Shown in pieces: positions 1-12,509 of a stretch of 64,000 nucleotides of DNA; the stretch's first letter is position 1, and every line of letters starts with the position of its first letter. Where the stretch lies: assembly GCF_006345805.1 (NCBI RefSeq), contig NC_042998.1, forward strand, positions 191,456,001-191,520,000, given 5' to 3'. The stretch is from Octopus sinensis (taxonomy: Eukaryota). The position numbers and the translations under genes are program-made. The notes below the pieces were generated by a model. That model had not been told where the DNA came from and made no database searches. It was given only the letters and a program-made list of their open reading frames with translations.

Positions 1-527
1 ATAACATGCTATATGCTAGCTTCTGGAAAGTTGTAGTAAAGGTGAAAAGCGAAAATATCTCTTTATCTGTATCAGCAGCACTCAAATAAAGCATATGGCG
101 TACATATGTACGAGGTAAATAATGAATATTTTATGTACGTAAGACATTTTAGATAAATTACTTAAAGTTAGGGAATGTGAAATAAAGCGTCGGAAAATAA
201 TATTATAGAACTTCCATTATATAGCATCGGCAATATATCAACTACGGTGCATTCAAACTCTAATATACACCCAGGTATACTTAAATATACATGTATATAC
301 ATGCACAACCATAGCCACACACTTACACACGCACTAACACGGATATGTATATACATACACACAAATATAAATATATATATATGAGTGTGTGTGTATATAT
401 ATATAAGTGTGTGTGTGTGTGTATACATATGTATTAATGTATATCTATGTACATATACAGGCACATATATATATACTCTCTCTCACACACACTCACATAC
501 ACACATATATATATATATATGTATTTA

Positions 528-575
<48 letters not shown>

Positions 576-1430
576 TGTATATATACGCATACGTACATAC
601 ACTCTCGCATCTATTCATATATCACTATATGTATGTTTATGTGCGTGTACATTTACATATACACACAAACACACACACATATAATGCTCAGTCATGTAAC
701 CGTGTATGTATATATGGATAAAAACAAGAAAAAATGTACACACCTAATGCCAGATGTTAAGCTCATGAGATTTCTAATTATTATAGACTAGATATGGTCG
801 TAATCAAATAATTACTTTTTAGTTGAGCTTGGTACATCAGTTGTCAAGTTAATTAGTGTTTTAGTTGGGCAAGCGGCTTAATCAATAGTCAATGTTGGCT
901 GATGTTTTTCAGCTCGTGGCCAATGTTTGATAAGTTGAAAGATATTCATAAGAAAGATGAGGAGGTGTTTAACTCTGGTAAAACTAATAATTGTAGTTGA
1001 ATTTAAACAGTTTGGCTGGCTGTATTCGCTATGTGTTTAGTTAATGTTGATTTCTGATTATTTATTAAGCTGTGCGTGATAAATAAAATAAATACACCTT
1101 CACTGTATCGTTATGTTGCCCTTGAGGCCTGAGGTTCTTCACTTTACTACTTTGCTTTAACCATCTGCATTCAGAGTTGAATATTTTATGTATTTTCGTG
1201 TTGCTTCGGTTTATTACCTGTTGCTTTCGGTTCAATATAAAAAGAACACCTCTAACTCGTGGCTCATCAAATTGAGGTGATGTAGTCAACTTTCTCAGTG
1301 CTAGGGCTTTTACTATACGGCATTTAGAGAGATACTTAAAAAACGAGTGGTGAAATCTGAGAGTACATCCCCGTCCCGTTGTTTTCTCATATGCCAAAGT
1401 TCGCAACAAGGCCTTCGAGAATCGTACATA

Positions 1431-1475
<45 letters not shown>

Positions 1476-1670
1476 AATAACACACACAGACAATGGCTGT
1501 CCTTATCGTCAGTATGTAGAGGAACAGTGATGTTATGTGCGGAAGCATTTGCGATAATGATGTTCTTAACTTCATAATTTTTCCATTCTACAATCTCCCT
1601 AGTTAGTAGATAAGGCCTGGCCTGCTAAGTGGTCAGAGTTGTGAGATGTCAGATATATTTAAACCAGGAA

Positions 1671-1900
1671 AGGCGGCGAGCTGGCAGAAACGTTAGCGCG
1701 CCGGGCGAAATGCTTAGCCGTATTTCGTCTGTGGTTACGTTCTGAGTTCAAATTCCGCCGAGGTCGACTTTGTCTTTCATCCTCTCGGGGTCGATAAATA
1801 AAGTACCAGTTTCGCACTGGGTCGATGTAATCGACTTAATCCGTTTGTCTGTTCTTGTTTGTCCCCTCTATGTTTAGCCCATTATGGGTAGTAAAGAAAT
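1671..1900 (+). mobile_element. tRNA-derived SINE, family A (octopus-type), full length with TSD
   Basis: Head GGCGGCGAGCTGGCAGAA, B-box-like GAGTTCAAATTCC, hairpin-rich body (GTCGATGTAATCGAC), tail GTAAAGAAAT. An 18-bp TSD ATATATTTAAACCAGGAA lies at 1653-1670 and 1901-1918. At least 6 related copies occur in the window. Confidence 0.92.
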
Positions 1901-2669
1901 ATATATTTAAACCAGGAATATTCATAAAGTAAATATCAGTTCGTGTAAATGTTCTTTGTACCCAGTCACGTATTGCAAGAAACCAACTGAAGAGGAGTTC
2001 AGAAGAACCACGGTCTATGAACCGAAATTGAATTCCATTCAAAAGATTTCAGTCGTCATTATATTTGAGAGTTTATATTCAATGAAAAATATTTAGTGGA
2101 TCTCGGTTTCGTAATATTTTGTGGTGAATATTGTTATTGCTCTTGTTTAGTCCTATGCTAACCTTGATTTAGCGTACTAGAATAAAGTAGAAAATGTCCT
2201 ACTGGTGCAGTGTATTATATTGAATTATTCTATAATTTATTGTATTCTCCCAGGTTTTAGAATGCGATTAGAAATAAATTTGATCGCTCGACCATGTAGA
2301 ACCTGCGCTACAGGTTCACGATAGTTTTATATTAGTGAATTACCTATTCAATGTACTACTAATTCAAGACAAACATGTATGTTTGAATACATCTCAGCTA
2401 TATCAATACTAATTACTTCTAACCTACACACACGATCACACTATTACTGTAAAGATTTTCGTCGATTAGATCAAGCTCTGTAATTCTGATAGTACTTATT
2501 TTATCTCTTTTGATAATACAATAGGAAGAGTTAATCGTCTTATTATGACATAAAGGGACGTAATTTACTACGCTGTGCATTTATCGAACGGTCATATTGA
2601 TATTATATGTAACTTTCATAGTTTCCCAAATAGAAGAAAACTTATGAATTTTTCTAGTTTTGCGCAGTA

Positions 2670-3170
2670 TCTTTCTATAGTGGGCATTATGTCCGTGGGT
2701 CCTTCCGTCTGTCAGTTCCCTCTTCACGGTCATACGGCTGGACCAATTGTCACGATGTTTTTCTGGATTACGAAGGAGGTAATAAAGAATGTTTTTAGCG
2801 AAAAAAAAAAGTGAAAAAGTATGATTATTTAGTGGATATTTAGTTTTTTTTGTTAATAAATCACCTTTGATATTTTTTTGTTAAAATCACAGCGACGAGA
2901 ATTAACTCTGGATTTCTCCCCTGTATAATTCTGGAGTTTAGAGGGTTTAGATTTGCAATACTATCTATTTATGTTCTATTGTAGAGGTGCAGGCTTACTA
3001 TCCTACTATAATGGGTTTTACGTCCGTCTGTCCGTCTCTTTGTCTGTTCCCTCATCACGGCCAGACGTCTGGACCAATGGTTAAGATATGTTTCAGGATT
3101 AGAAAGACGGTCGTCAGAAACGTTTTTAGAATTAAAATCAGAAAGGATGAGTATTTCGTGGATATCGAGT
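2670..3170 (+). mobile_element. Two diverged direct copies of a Helentron/DINE-1(HINE)-like core
   Basis: Blocks ~2690-2840 and ~3017-3168 share GTCCGTCTGTC...TCACGG...CTGGACCAAT...GATT...AATGTTTTTAG...GTGGATAT. The GTCY repeat plus CGGCTGGACC motif resembles DINE-1-type cores (from recall). Confidence 0.45.
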
Positions 3171-3821
3171 TTTAATTTCGGCTTAACGAAATACGTAGTA
3201 GAACAATGGTAGTCAACGGTAGTTTATACATATTTTTTACGACATTTTTTTACGTTACCCTTAAGTTATTTTTACTTTGTAAATTTTTTATTTTTATCAT
3301 TCGTATCATTTGTAAATTTTCCTTTTGCATTTTGTCATTTGCCTTCATTTTTATTCGAATATATTTATTTGTCATTGCTTTCATTATTATATCATCACAA
3401 GTATATATTTTATTTTTATCCCTACATATTATTAATTTTAAATGAATGTTTAGTGACATAAGTTACGTGAGAATTTAGTTTTTGTAAATTATTATTTTTT
3501 ATTCATTTTTATTTGATTTTTTTTTATTAAGTTTATTTGAATTAAATTATCGCTTGCACAGTAAGGTCCGGCGAACCTATTTACACATACGAATACTTAT
3601 CTGTTAAAATTAAAATATAGTATTTGGTATCGAACTATGATAAAGTTATTTAGAGACCTGATGATTGGGGTTACATTTTAAGAAAGGTTCCTGCAAAACA
3701 CTGCTTGCTTAAGGAACCGTAAAATAATCTCAAGAAACACGCGTAGCAGAGAAATGAGAAGTAAGTATTAAATTAAAATGTTTTTATATGGTGGGATGAA
3801 GGGGACTACTATCTCTAAATA

Positions 3822-3892
<71 letters not shown>

Positions 3893-4106
3893 ATATATAT
3901 TATATATATATATATATATATGAATGTATGCATGTGTGTATGCATATATATATACATATATATATGTGTGTATTTATACATGTATGCATACACACACGCA
4001 AACACACACATATATATAGATAGATAGATAGATACAAGCATGGAATCATAACAATACCGCTATGCTTGAGCTGTATATGTATGCATGCATATATTTATGC
4101 TATATA

Positions 4107-4145
<39 letters not shown>

Positions 4146-4160
4146 TTGTGTGTGTGTGTG

Positions 4161-4790
4161 TGACAAACTTTGGTTTAGAACAAACAACAAATTTAAGGTC
4201 ATCCACCCGACATATCACATCTCGAACATTTAATCACATAATACCTTTTCTTATACATAGAATACAGGTGCATAAAATTACAGAACCTGAAAAAATAATT
4301 CATTTAGACAAGCATATTAAAAAAATGTGTCAGTACAGTCTATCGCAATTAAAAATTTAGGGACTCTAAATATGGCTTTTTTTCCTTTTTTGCTTGGACA
4401 CTGGCTTTTCTAAATGGGTTTTCCCCTTATTTTAAAAAAAATATTTTTAATCGAAAAATTCCTAATCGATGAACTTATCTTACCTTATATATTATATATT
4501 TATATGTTTCCTACATATATGTATTTTTATATATTCATACATTTTAATATTTTTTATATATTTATTATTCTAGTTGTTATAATGTTAATGTTTTTCTTTT
4601 TAGTCGCTGAAGTATTAATTTTTAATTCCTATAGACTATACTCACACAGTTTTTTATACGCTTGTCTAAATGAATTATTGCATCTGTATTCCATGTATAA
4701 GAAAAGGTATTATGTGATTAAATGTTCGAGATGTGATATGTTGGGTGGATGACCATAAATTTGTTGTTGTTCTGCAGCCAAAGATTGTTA
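4161..4790. mobile_element. Fold-back/MITE-like element with ~175-195 bp terminal inverted repeats
   Basis: Arms 4161-4357 and 4617-4790 are reverse complements, with a 49-bp perfect core (4210-4258 vs 4693-4741) and an AT-rich spacer. Confidence 0.8.
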
Positions 4791-4866
4791 TACTCGTCTC
4801 ATTTACTTGAGCACTTCTATAGCTGTCCTAGTAGCCCTATTGTTCCTAATAAGAAACAATCACTAT

Positions 4867-4911
<45 letters not shown>

Positions 4912-4915
<4 letters not shown>

Positions 4916-5067
4916 ATCCAAACATGAAAACACAGAGATAAAACACAACAACGCGATGACGTGAAACAAGTATAGTGTTATTCGACGCTCAGGAAAGGAA
5001 AGAAAGAAGGGGAACTTAACGTTTCGAGCGGAGCTCTTCGTCAGAGACATAGGAAAAGGAAAGATCC
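4912..5067 (-). mobile_element. Short Penelope-type 3'-end fragment embedded in (TA)n
   Basis: A 156-bp unique segment flanked on both sides by long (TA)n, containing a minimal hammerhead motif. Confidence 0.6.
5017..5044 (-). ncRNA. Minimal type-I hammerhead ribozyme motif
   Basis: Minus strand reads CUGACGA-A-GAGC-UCC-GCUC-GAAA-CGUU-A: conserved core, 4-bp helix II, palindromic (A)ACGU(U) helix III. Helix I is weak in this copy. Confidence 0.6.
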
Positions 5068-5073
5068 ATATAT

Positions 5074-5161
<88 letters not shown>

Positions 5162-5760
5162 GTATATATATGGTCAACCTTCAGTGTGAGATTAATAGCG
5201 GTTCAGTGATGCTACACAAGGAAGATTGCATCAATGGAATAGCTGAGCTACTAGGAGAGACTGAATAAAAAACTACGACTCTGATCCCTGGTGCGAAGAC
5301 AGGAGATGTATGCAGTGATATGTGTGTGAAAAATACTGGAGGGGCTCGCACCCATCGTCGGCATCGGAATTTTGTTTTAGTCAACAGCAATTTGAGGAGC
5401 CTGATTAACCTTTGTTGCACATTTTGAGGAAAGCGACTGCATACTCTTCAAGTTGAATACTATAATCAGCTACAAACACATTTTGTCAATATAAAAGTCT
5501 TTATTAGATGAATATAACATTATCAAAACATGAAGTTAAAACAAAACAAATATGCATGGTTTTCTTCCAGCCACCAATGTGCGGTAGCCGTAGACCTTCA
5601 TGTTGTTCACCAACCGATCTTTCCTCCCCATAAAATCAGTGGAATCAATCGATATCCCTATACAAATTATTTTCCTCGTAAAACTTATAAAAAGGTACAC
5701 ATATTAGGAACACCTTCTTATAAGCTGCACTTTAAATTATCCAGGTAAAAAAAACACCAG

Positions 5761-5783
5761 CTTATACACCGGAAAATATGGTA
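5761..5783. mobile_element. Solo pogo/Tigger-like TIR
   Basis: CTTATACACCGGAAAATATGGTA is the reverse complement of TACCATATTTTCCGGTGTATAAG, resembling pogo-family TIRs. No partner TIR was found. Confidence 0.35.
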
Positions 5784-6279
5784 ATTGTAGTGGTAGTGAC
5801 AAGTTCGCTCGCTGGTTGCTAGTTGATAGTGGCTGTCTGCCAATAGAGAGGGAAAGAGTAATGAGCACACGGCGCTGAATAGAATGGGAGAAAGGATAAA
5901 GGTGACATCGCCTTCGCTCGCCATACGGATAGAAAAGAGTGGTGACATTTAGTAGAGATGACTCGGAAGTTGTACCTCTTCAATTACTATCACAAACAGG
6001 AGTAGCTTCCTTCAACTAAATACACGCCGGTGATTGGGTAAAATTACCGAAATATGACAACTTTAACACGAAATAACTTCTAAAATACAAAATTTTGTCA
6101 AAAATGTTCAAAGTAAACCGTGTTCTGCGTGAGAAATGCCACCAGTATACGAAGTTTCAAAGTGTTTAGTTAGAAAAGAATTGATCAAAAATTCTGTAAG
6201 CTAAACTGAACAGATCCAATAACGATCAAATTAAGTGGTCAGCATGGAAAAAACAGTATAGGTAATGATTACAACAGGT

Positions 6280-6456
6280 ATATAATTGTATAAATTAAGG
6301 GTACTGGAGAGCTACCACAATACAACAGTCAAAACTGACTCTAAAACCACACCAAGTATTTATATTATATAAAAACATGAAGTGGTTTTAGAGTCAGTTG
6401 TGATTGCTTTATTTAGCATGACGGTACCTCTCCAGTATCCTTAATTATAATTATAT
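6280..6456. repeat. Palindromic MITE-like hairpin (~175 bp)
   Basis: Perfect 18-bp inner arms AACTGACTCTAAAACCAC (6333-6350) / GTGGTTTTAGAGTCAGTT (6382-6399). Outer arms AATTAAGGGTACTGGAGAGCTACC / GGTACCTCTCCAGTATCCTTAATT. Confidence 0.75.
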
Positions 6457-7184
6457 TTATATAATAATATATCTATAGTATCTTTGTCTCTCTCGCTCTC
6501 TCTCTTTATATATATATATATATATAAATAAAACAAAGTAAAATTGGAAGGTACGAGCACGAGTGAAAATATATAGGTAAGAGGATTTGAAAATGCAGAG
6601 GTCTTTTAAAATTGTTTATTGACTTGAACGGTTTCACTATTTAAAAAATATTATTTTCAAAAGTAAAGTGCAAGGTTTTGTGTAGCCTTTATAGTGTTAA
6701 GAGTTAGTTTACACATATGTATTGAAATAGAGTGAATGAGTCTTTGATAATGATGAAATGATGTTAAGAAATAGAATCTTTGACAATAAGAAAATATTAA
6801 GAGAGGATTTGTGTTTAAACAGTTTATATAAAAGTGTACAAAACAAGCTGCAAAATAAGTTAATAATTGTTTATGAGTTCATCAGAAATCATGATTGCTT
6901 TCATAATTGTTGAAAGAGGAATGATCAGCCGTGTTTATATATATATATATGTGTGTGTGTGGTGTGTGTGTGTACGTATATACATACACATGCATGCACA
7001 CAGATTTGTATATACGTGTGTAAGTGTACCTAAGATTCTTTAAAATATTTCTGTAGCCATAGAGATTCGACAATACTAAATCAATTTATCTACACTATTC
7101 TATATTTTGGTTACTCTTCATGTTGTATGGTTGCTTTTTGTTTGTGCACTTACCTTACATTTTCCCACTTATATATATATATAA

Positions 7185-7224
<40 letters not shown>

Positions 7225-7843
7225 GTACAAGCACACGCAGATATAGAGAGAGGAGAAAGAAATGAAGTGGGAGGTTATATGTACGTACGTGCGTGAGTAT
7301 CCCGCGCGTATCCGGAGTGTGTGTTTGTGTACGTGTGTGTGTGTATGTGTGTGTTTGTGTACGTGTGTGTGTGTATGTGTGTGTGTGTGTATGTGTGTGT
7401 GTGCGCGTGTGTGTGTACGTGTGTGTTTTTGTTGGTTGTGTGTGTGTGTAGGTGGTTGTGATCGAGAAAAAGAGTATCATAACGTACTACGAAACCACTT
7501 AAAATATTTATTTCATACTAAAAGCAAGAAGATGTTTGCAGACCACTTGCTGATTTCATTTACGCCATTGGGCAGGGGCCACTTGACAAATGAATGTACT
7601 TTGGCAGTCGACCGGATGCTGATTCTAATATAAATAAGAAGTATTCATTTCATCACGCATGTGCTATAGGTGGGTAATTTCAGGAAACTGTCAACCGAGC
7701 AATGATTGATCTATGAAATGTCCTTGAACTTTGCTAATTTCTGATAATATATTTGCAGTATTTGATTCCGCTGTGTGGAGATAGCAATGAAGTCCATTCC
7801 ATGTGTTGTTGGTTTCATTCAATGTTTTTTTATGTAATACTCA

Positions 7844-7925
7844 TGCCTGTGTGGTAAAGTCGTTCCCTTCGCGACTATGTGGTTTCGGGTTCGGTCCCAC
7901 TGCATAGCACCTTCGGCAAGTGTCG
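7844..7925 (+). mobile_element. SINE family B 5' head running into a (TATG)n array
   Basis: TGCCTGTGTGGTAAAG...GGGTTCGGTCCCACTGC...CACCTTCGGCAAGTGTC matches the family B head. Confidence 0.75.
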
Positions 7926-8362
7926 TATGTATGTATGTATGTATGTATGTATGTATGTATGTATGTATCTATGCATGTATGTATGTATGTATGTATGTAT
8001 GTATATGTATGTATGTATGTATATGTATGTATGTATGTGTGTATATATGTATGTATGTGTGTATGTATGTATGTATGTATATGTATGTATGCATGTATGT
8101 ATGTATGTATGTATGTATGTATGCATGTATGTATGTATATGTATGTATGTATGTATGTGTGTATGTATATATGTATGCATGTATGCATGTATGCATGTAT
8201 GCATGTATGTATGTATGTATGTATGTATGCATGTATGCATGTATGTATGTATGTATGTATGTATATGTATGTATTTATATGTATGTATGTATGTATGTAT
8301 GAATGTATGTATGTATGTATGTATGCATGTATGTATGTATGTATATATGTATGTATGTATGT
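7925..8362. repeat. (TATG)n tetranucleotide microsatellite
   Basis: ~440 bp of TATG/CATG variants, the source of the MYVC/HTYI pseudo-ORFs. Confidence 0.97.
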
Positions 8363-8471
8363 GTGTGCGCCCACGTGTGTGTGTGCATTTATATTGGTTT
8401 GTTTACGTGTCCCTAACAGTGCGGTTCAGCAAATGAGAGGGATAGAATACATTCCAAATTAAAATAAATTA

Positions 8472-8833
8472 GGAGTGGCTGTGTGGTAAGTAGCTTGCTT
8501 ACCAGCCACATTGTTCCGGGTTCAGTTCCACTGCGTGGCACCTTGGGCAAGTGACTTCTACTATAGCCTCGTGAGACCGAAGCCTTGTGAGTGGATTTCG
8601 TGGAAGGAAACTGAAAGAAGCCCATCGTATATATATATTTATGTGTGTGTGTCCAACATCGCTTGACAACCGATGCTGGTGCGTTTACATCCCCGTTACT
8701 TAGCGGTGCGGTAAGAGAGACCGATGGAATAAGTACTACGCTTACAAAGAATAAGTCCTGAGGTCGATTTGCTCGACTAAAGGCGGTGCTCTAGCATGGC
8801 CACAGTCAAAATGACTGAAACAAGTAAAGAGTA
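8472..8833 (+). mobile_element. tRNA-derived SINE family B (CORE-like), near full length
   Basis: A-box-like TGGCTGTGTGG, B-box-like GGTTCAGTTCC, CORE-like CACCTTGGGCAAGTGACTT, internal TA/TG tract, tail GACTGAAACAAGTAAAGAG. Confidence 0.88.
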
Positions 8834-9084
8834 CTAGTGTCGATTTGTTCCACTAACTGTACAAGACCATGATCCAGCATACTCGCAATCTAATCACTGA
8901 ATAACTATATTAACCGCTCCCAAACTTTTTCACGTCTAAGACCCCTTTTATTTAAAGAATTTTCCGCGTTCAGTAGATTTGTGAAAGTTTAGTTCATTCA
9001 TTTCATCGATTATGCAATCTAAAAAAACAATCTTATTTTTGCAGTTTGAAATACCTATTGAAAAATTACTCTAGAGAGAAATAG

Positions 9085-9447
9085 AAAAAGACTGATCCCT
9101 GTTGATTGTGACGATGCTGATTCAGTTGTTTGATCTGCTGAATTACGTGTTCATTGAATTAGTTTGTAAGTGGCAAAGCATTTCACATTCATGTAAGCCA
9201 TTTCACAATTCTGATGCAAGTTCAATGTGACACAGTGTGTGACAAGTGGACAAGTGTGTGCCTTTGAATTACATGTACAATCCACACGTCGGGTTTCTAT
9301 GCAGCTTCTATTGATCCAATTTCACCCATATAGGTTTGACTCGAAACCGCAGAAATACAATAACATTTATTCAAGACTCCACGCAAAGGGATAGAATCCG
9401 CGACCTCGTTGTTCTGAAGCCAACTTCTCATCAATTCAGCCAGTTTG
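9085..9447 (-). mobile_element. Old, diverged SINE
   Basis: Minus-strand head TGGCTGAATTGATGAGAAGTTGGC...GGATTCTATCCCTTTGCGTGG resembles the family B head. The tail contains GTGACACAGTGTGTGACAAG...CCTTTGAATTAC. Confidence 0.5.
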
Positions 9448-9925
9448 TGCCCGAACAATTACCTGTTGTAAAGTCTATCAGCACTATGGTTCTTTTACAG
9501 GTTTGAAATCTTGCTCTAAGCAGACGCTCGACCAGCTAAAAGTTATAGGTAGATATCTCCAAATCACTCCCGGCAATCGTAAAAATATATGCTGCACCTG
9601 GATAAATTTATCAAGACTGGAACATCTGTGATAATAATTCTGTTGAATCAGTAAGTATCTCGGGCAGAAGAAGACAGCAGCATCCACGAAAATGTTCCTG
9701 GTGTGTACTGGAAGATTTTATCTAATGCTAAGTCCCCACAATATATGTGATTGCAGGTATCCATCGTCGGGGAGCTAATACGGCTTGGAAATAATTATAA
9801 TGTATTTCCGCTAATAATTTTAGGTGTCTATGTAGTCGCAAGGAGAGACACACACTCCCTCATTCTCCTCAACATTGACTCCGTGGTATTTGCAGGCGAG
9901 CTGGCACAAGGCGGAGAGCTGGTGA

Positions 9926-10343
9926 AGGCGGCGAGATGGCAGAATCGTTAGCGTGCCGGGCGAAATGCTTAGCTGTATTTCGTCTGCCGTTACGTTGTGA
10001 GTTCAAATTCTGCCGAGGTCGACTTTGCCGTTCATCCTTTCGAGGTCGATTAAATAAGTACCAGTTACGCACCGGGGTCGATATTATCGACTTAATCCGT
10101 TTGTCTGTCCTTGTTTGTCCCTTCTGTGTTTAGCCCCTTGTGGGTAATAAAGAAATAGGTATTTCGTCTGCCGTTACGTTCTGAGTTCAAATTCCGCCGA
10201 GGTCGACTTTGCCTTTCATCCTTTCGAGGTCGATTAAATAAGTACCAGTTACGCACTTGGGGTCGATATAATCGACTTAATCCGTTTGTCTGTCCTTGTT
10301 TGTCGTCTCTGTGTTTAGCCCCTTGTGAATAGTAAAGAAATAG
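9926..10343 (+). mobile_element. SINE family A head-to-tail dimer
   Basis: A full unit (9926-10158) is followed by a headless unit (10159-10343) starting GTATTTCGTCTG. Confidence 0.9.
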
Positions 10344-11157
10344 GTACGACAGCAGGTTAAGACAGCTAGATGGAGAGAAGGCTGAACCAGTAACCGTACG
10401 ATGTACATTGACAGCTGAAGCAGCAGTTGAAATGAAGTTACTTGCTCAAGGAAATGAAGTTATTCGCAGCACGGTCTCGGAAATGAACTCACGTTCCGAT
10501 GATCAAGAGTTGAACATTACACATATCTGTAAACTATAGAAAACAGCAAGATCTGCAGGAATTACATTCTGGGTAACTTAATTTAGATAATGTATATTTG
10601 AAAATAAAGCGGCATAGTCATGGCTGTAGCGTCTTTGATTTGTATGATTCAGTAGCTTGAAGTTAAATAACTGCACTACTTTAGAGAAATCAGTAAAGAT
10701 TCACTTGCTTCAAAGCGTAAATTATTCACACATATAATAAATATAATACGTATTGTATATATCGTGAAAATATGAAAATGTCAAATCATAGGTTGAGAGT
10801 CAGTCAATACAAAATGCCTAAACCTTTGAGACAAACGAAGCTGGTGACGACGTATTGGTTTATCAATATTGCTTTTTTGCCAGCTAATATTTATGCTGGA
10901 AGAGATTTACTCAAGAGAAACGTATGGTAATAATGCTGGTTGAATCTTCTATTCATACTATATATAATACACATATTGAAATTAATTTATGCATACAGTT
11001 AACATTTAGAACGCAAGTACTCACAAAACTACGTACATACATATATACACAAAAGCGCATATATATATATGACCATTTCGAAATATAACAATATATATAT
11101 ATATATTTAAATTAAATTAGAGATAAAACCACTATTAGGCAAATCAATACACACACA

Positions 11158-11234
<77 letters not shown>

Positions 11235-11680
11235 ATATATGCATATACATGTACATATATATAGAGAAGAGTGAGAGAGAGGGAGAAAGAGAAAAGGAGG
11301 CTTATATATACCCACGTAAACATGCATGCATACTCATTTAGGTGCATTCATATATGTAACAGCAAATTTGCTTAAAGCCCTCGGGTATTAGGATTCTCTA
11401 ACACTCTATTTCTCTCTCTCACACACACATACTTCATTTACATTTAACGGAATAAAGTGATCCGGCGTCACCGCTTCACTGCTTCAGCAGTTTGAAGAAG
11501 TATGGAGTTATTTTTAGTCATTTCTACTTTCAAATCCTCTCTGGCCCGGTTTGGAAGATCCTTCAAAACATCTAACCTCATTATAGCTAATTACTTCATA
11601 CTACTTCAAAATAATTTTGATAAGTTTTATGATTATACCCACTATGATTCTATCAACTCGCTCATACCCTTTCCCAGTCT

Positions 11681-11746
11681 TAGATTTGATAAAAAAAGAT
11701 TTGATAAAAAAAGATTTGATAAAAAAAGATTTGATAAACAAATCTA
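11681..11746. repeat. 15-bp tandem array (AGATTTGATAAAAAA)x~4
   Basis: Exact repeats from 11682, bounded by the inverted octamers TAGATTTG / CAAATCTA. Confidence 0.9.
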
Positions 11747-11999
11747 ATAATATGTGTACACACTAACTAGTAATATATATGTACACACTAACGTATATAT
11801 TCAAAGACTTAAGGAACACCTTATATTCAAGCAAATGTAAGTTATCCATGGCAGTTACCAGCTTCATTTCTGAAAATTGATCTTTAATATCTCTCAAAGG
11901 AAAATTTGCAAGCAAATATGCAAATACACATACACACATATGTAATACTAATAAATTCACTTTGATGAACAGTGGCCCGTTGCAACATATAATTCATAC

Positions 12000-12204
12000 C
12001 AGGACACTAAGCTTGGTGGAATATAGGTTTCAAATTTTGCCACTAGGCAAACAAGCTCGGGGTTGGAGTTAAGTCGATTACATTGATCAGTTGAGCACTG
12101 GTACATAAGTACCAGTGCTCGACTGGAACTTATTTTGTCGACTCGTAAGGATGAAAACGAAAGCAGTTTGCACAGCGTGCTAACGGTTCTGTCAGCTCGC
12201 CGCT
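12000..12204 (-). mobile_element. Diverged SINE family A-related copy
   Basis: TTAAGTCGATTACAT...GTACCAGTGCTCGACTGG...GGATGAAA...GCGTGCTAACGGTTCTGTCAGCTCGCC. Confidence 0.7.
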
Positions 12205-12315
12205 TTAGGCTTGATAGAATATTTCTAGCTGATTACACAATTCTTTTTATAGCCAATCCGTTACAAATATATAAACTTATATAAACTAAAACGTTTAAGA
12301 TGAAACATGGAAGTC

Positions 12316-12357
<42 letters not shown>

Positions 12358-12470
12358 TATATTATATATACATATACATATATATACATATACACACATA
12401 CATATATACATATATATAATACATATATGTATATGTATATGTATACACACACATAGTCTTTTATATATAG

Positions 12471-12509
<39 letters not shown>

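Noticed and set aside
168-791. Numerous ORFs rich in YI/HT/CV/MYVC here and throughout the window
   Set aside because: They are translations of (TA)n, (CA)n and (TACA)n microsatellites, not genes.
1988-2040. CTGAAGAG...CCGAAA hammerhead-like string
   Set aside because: No compatible helix I or helix III.
9590-9700. Tc1-like DKFIKTG...SGRRR fragment
   Set aside because: Too short and degraded to support.
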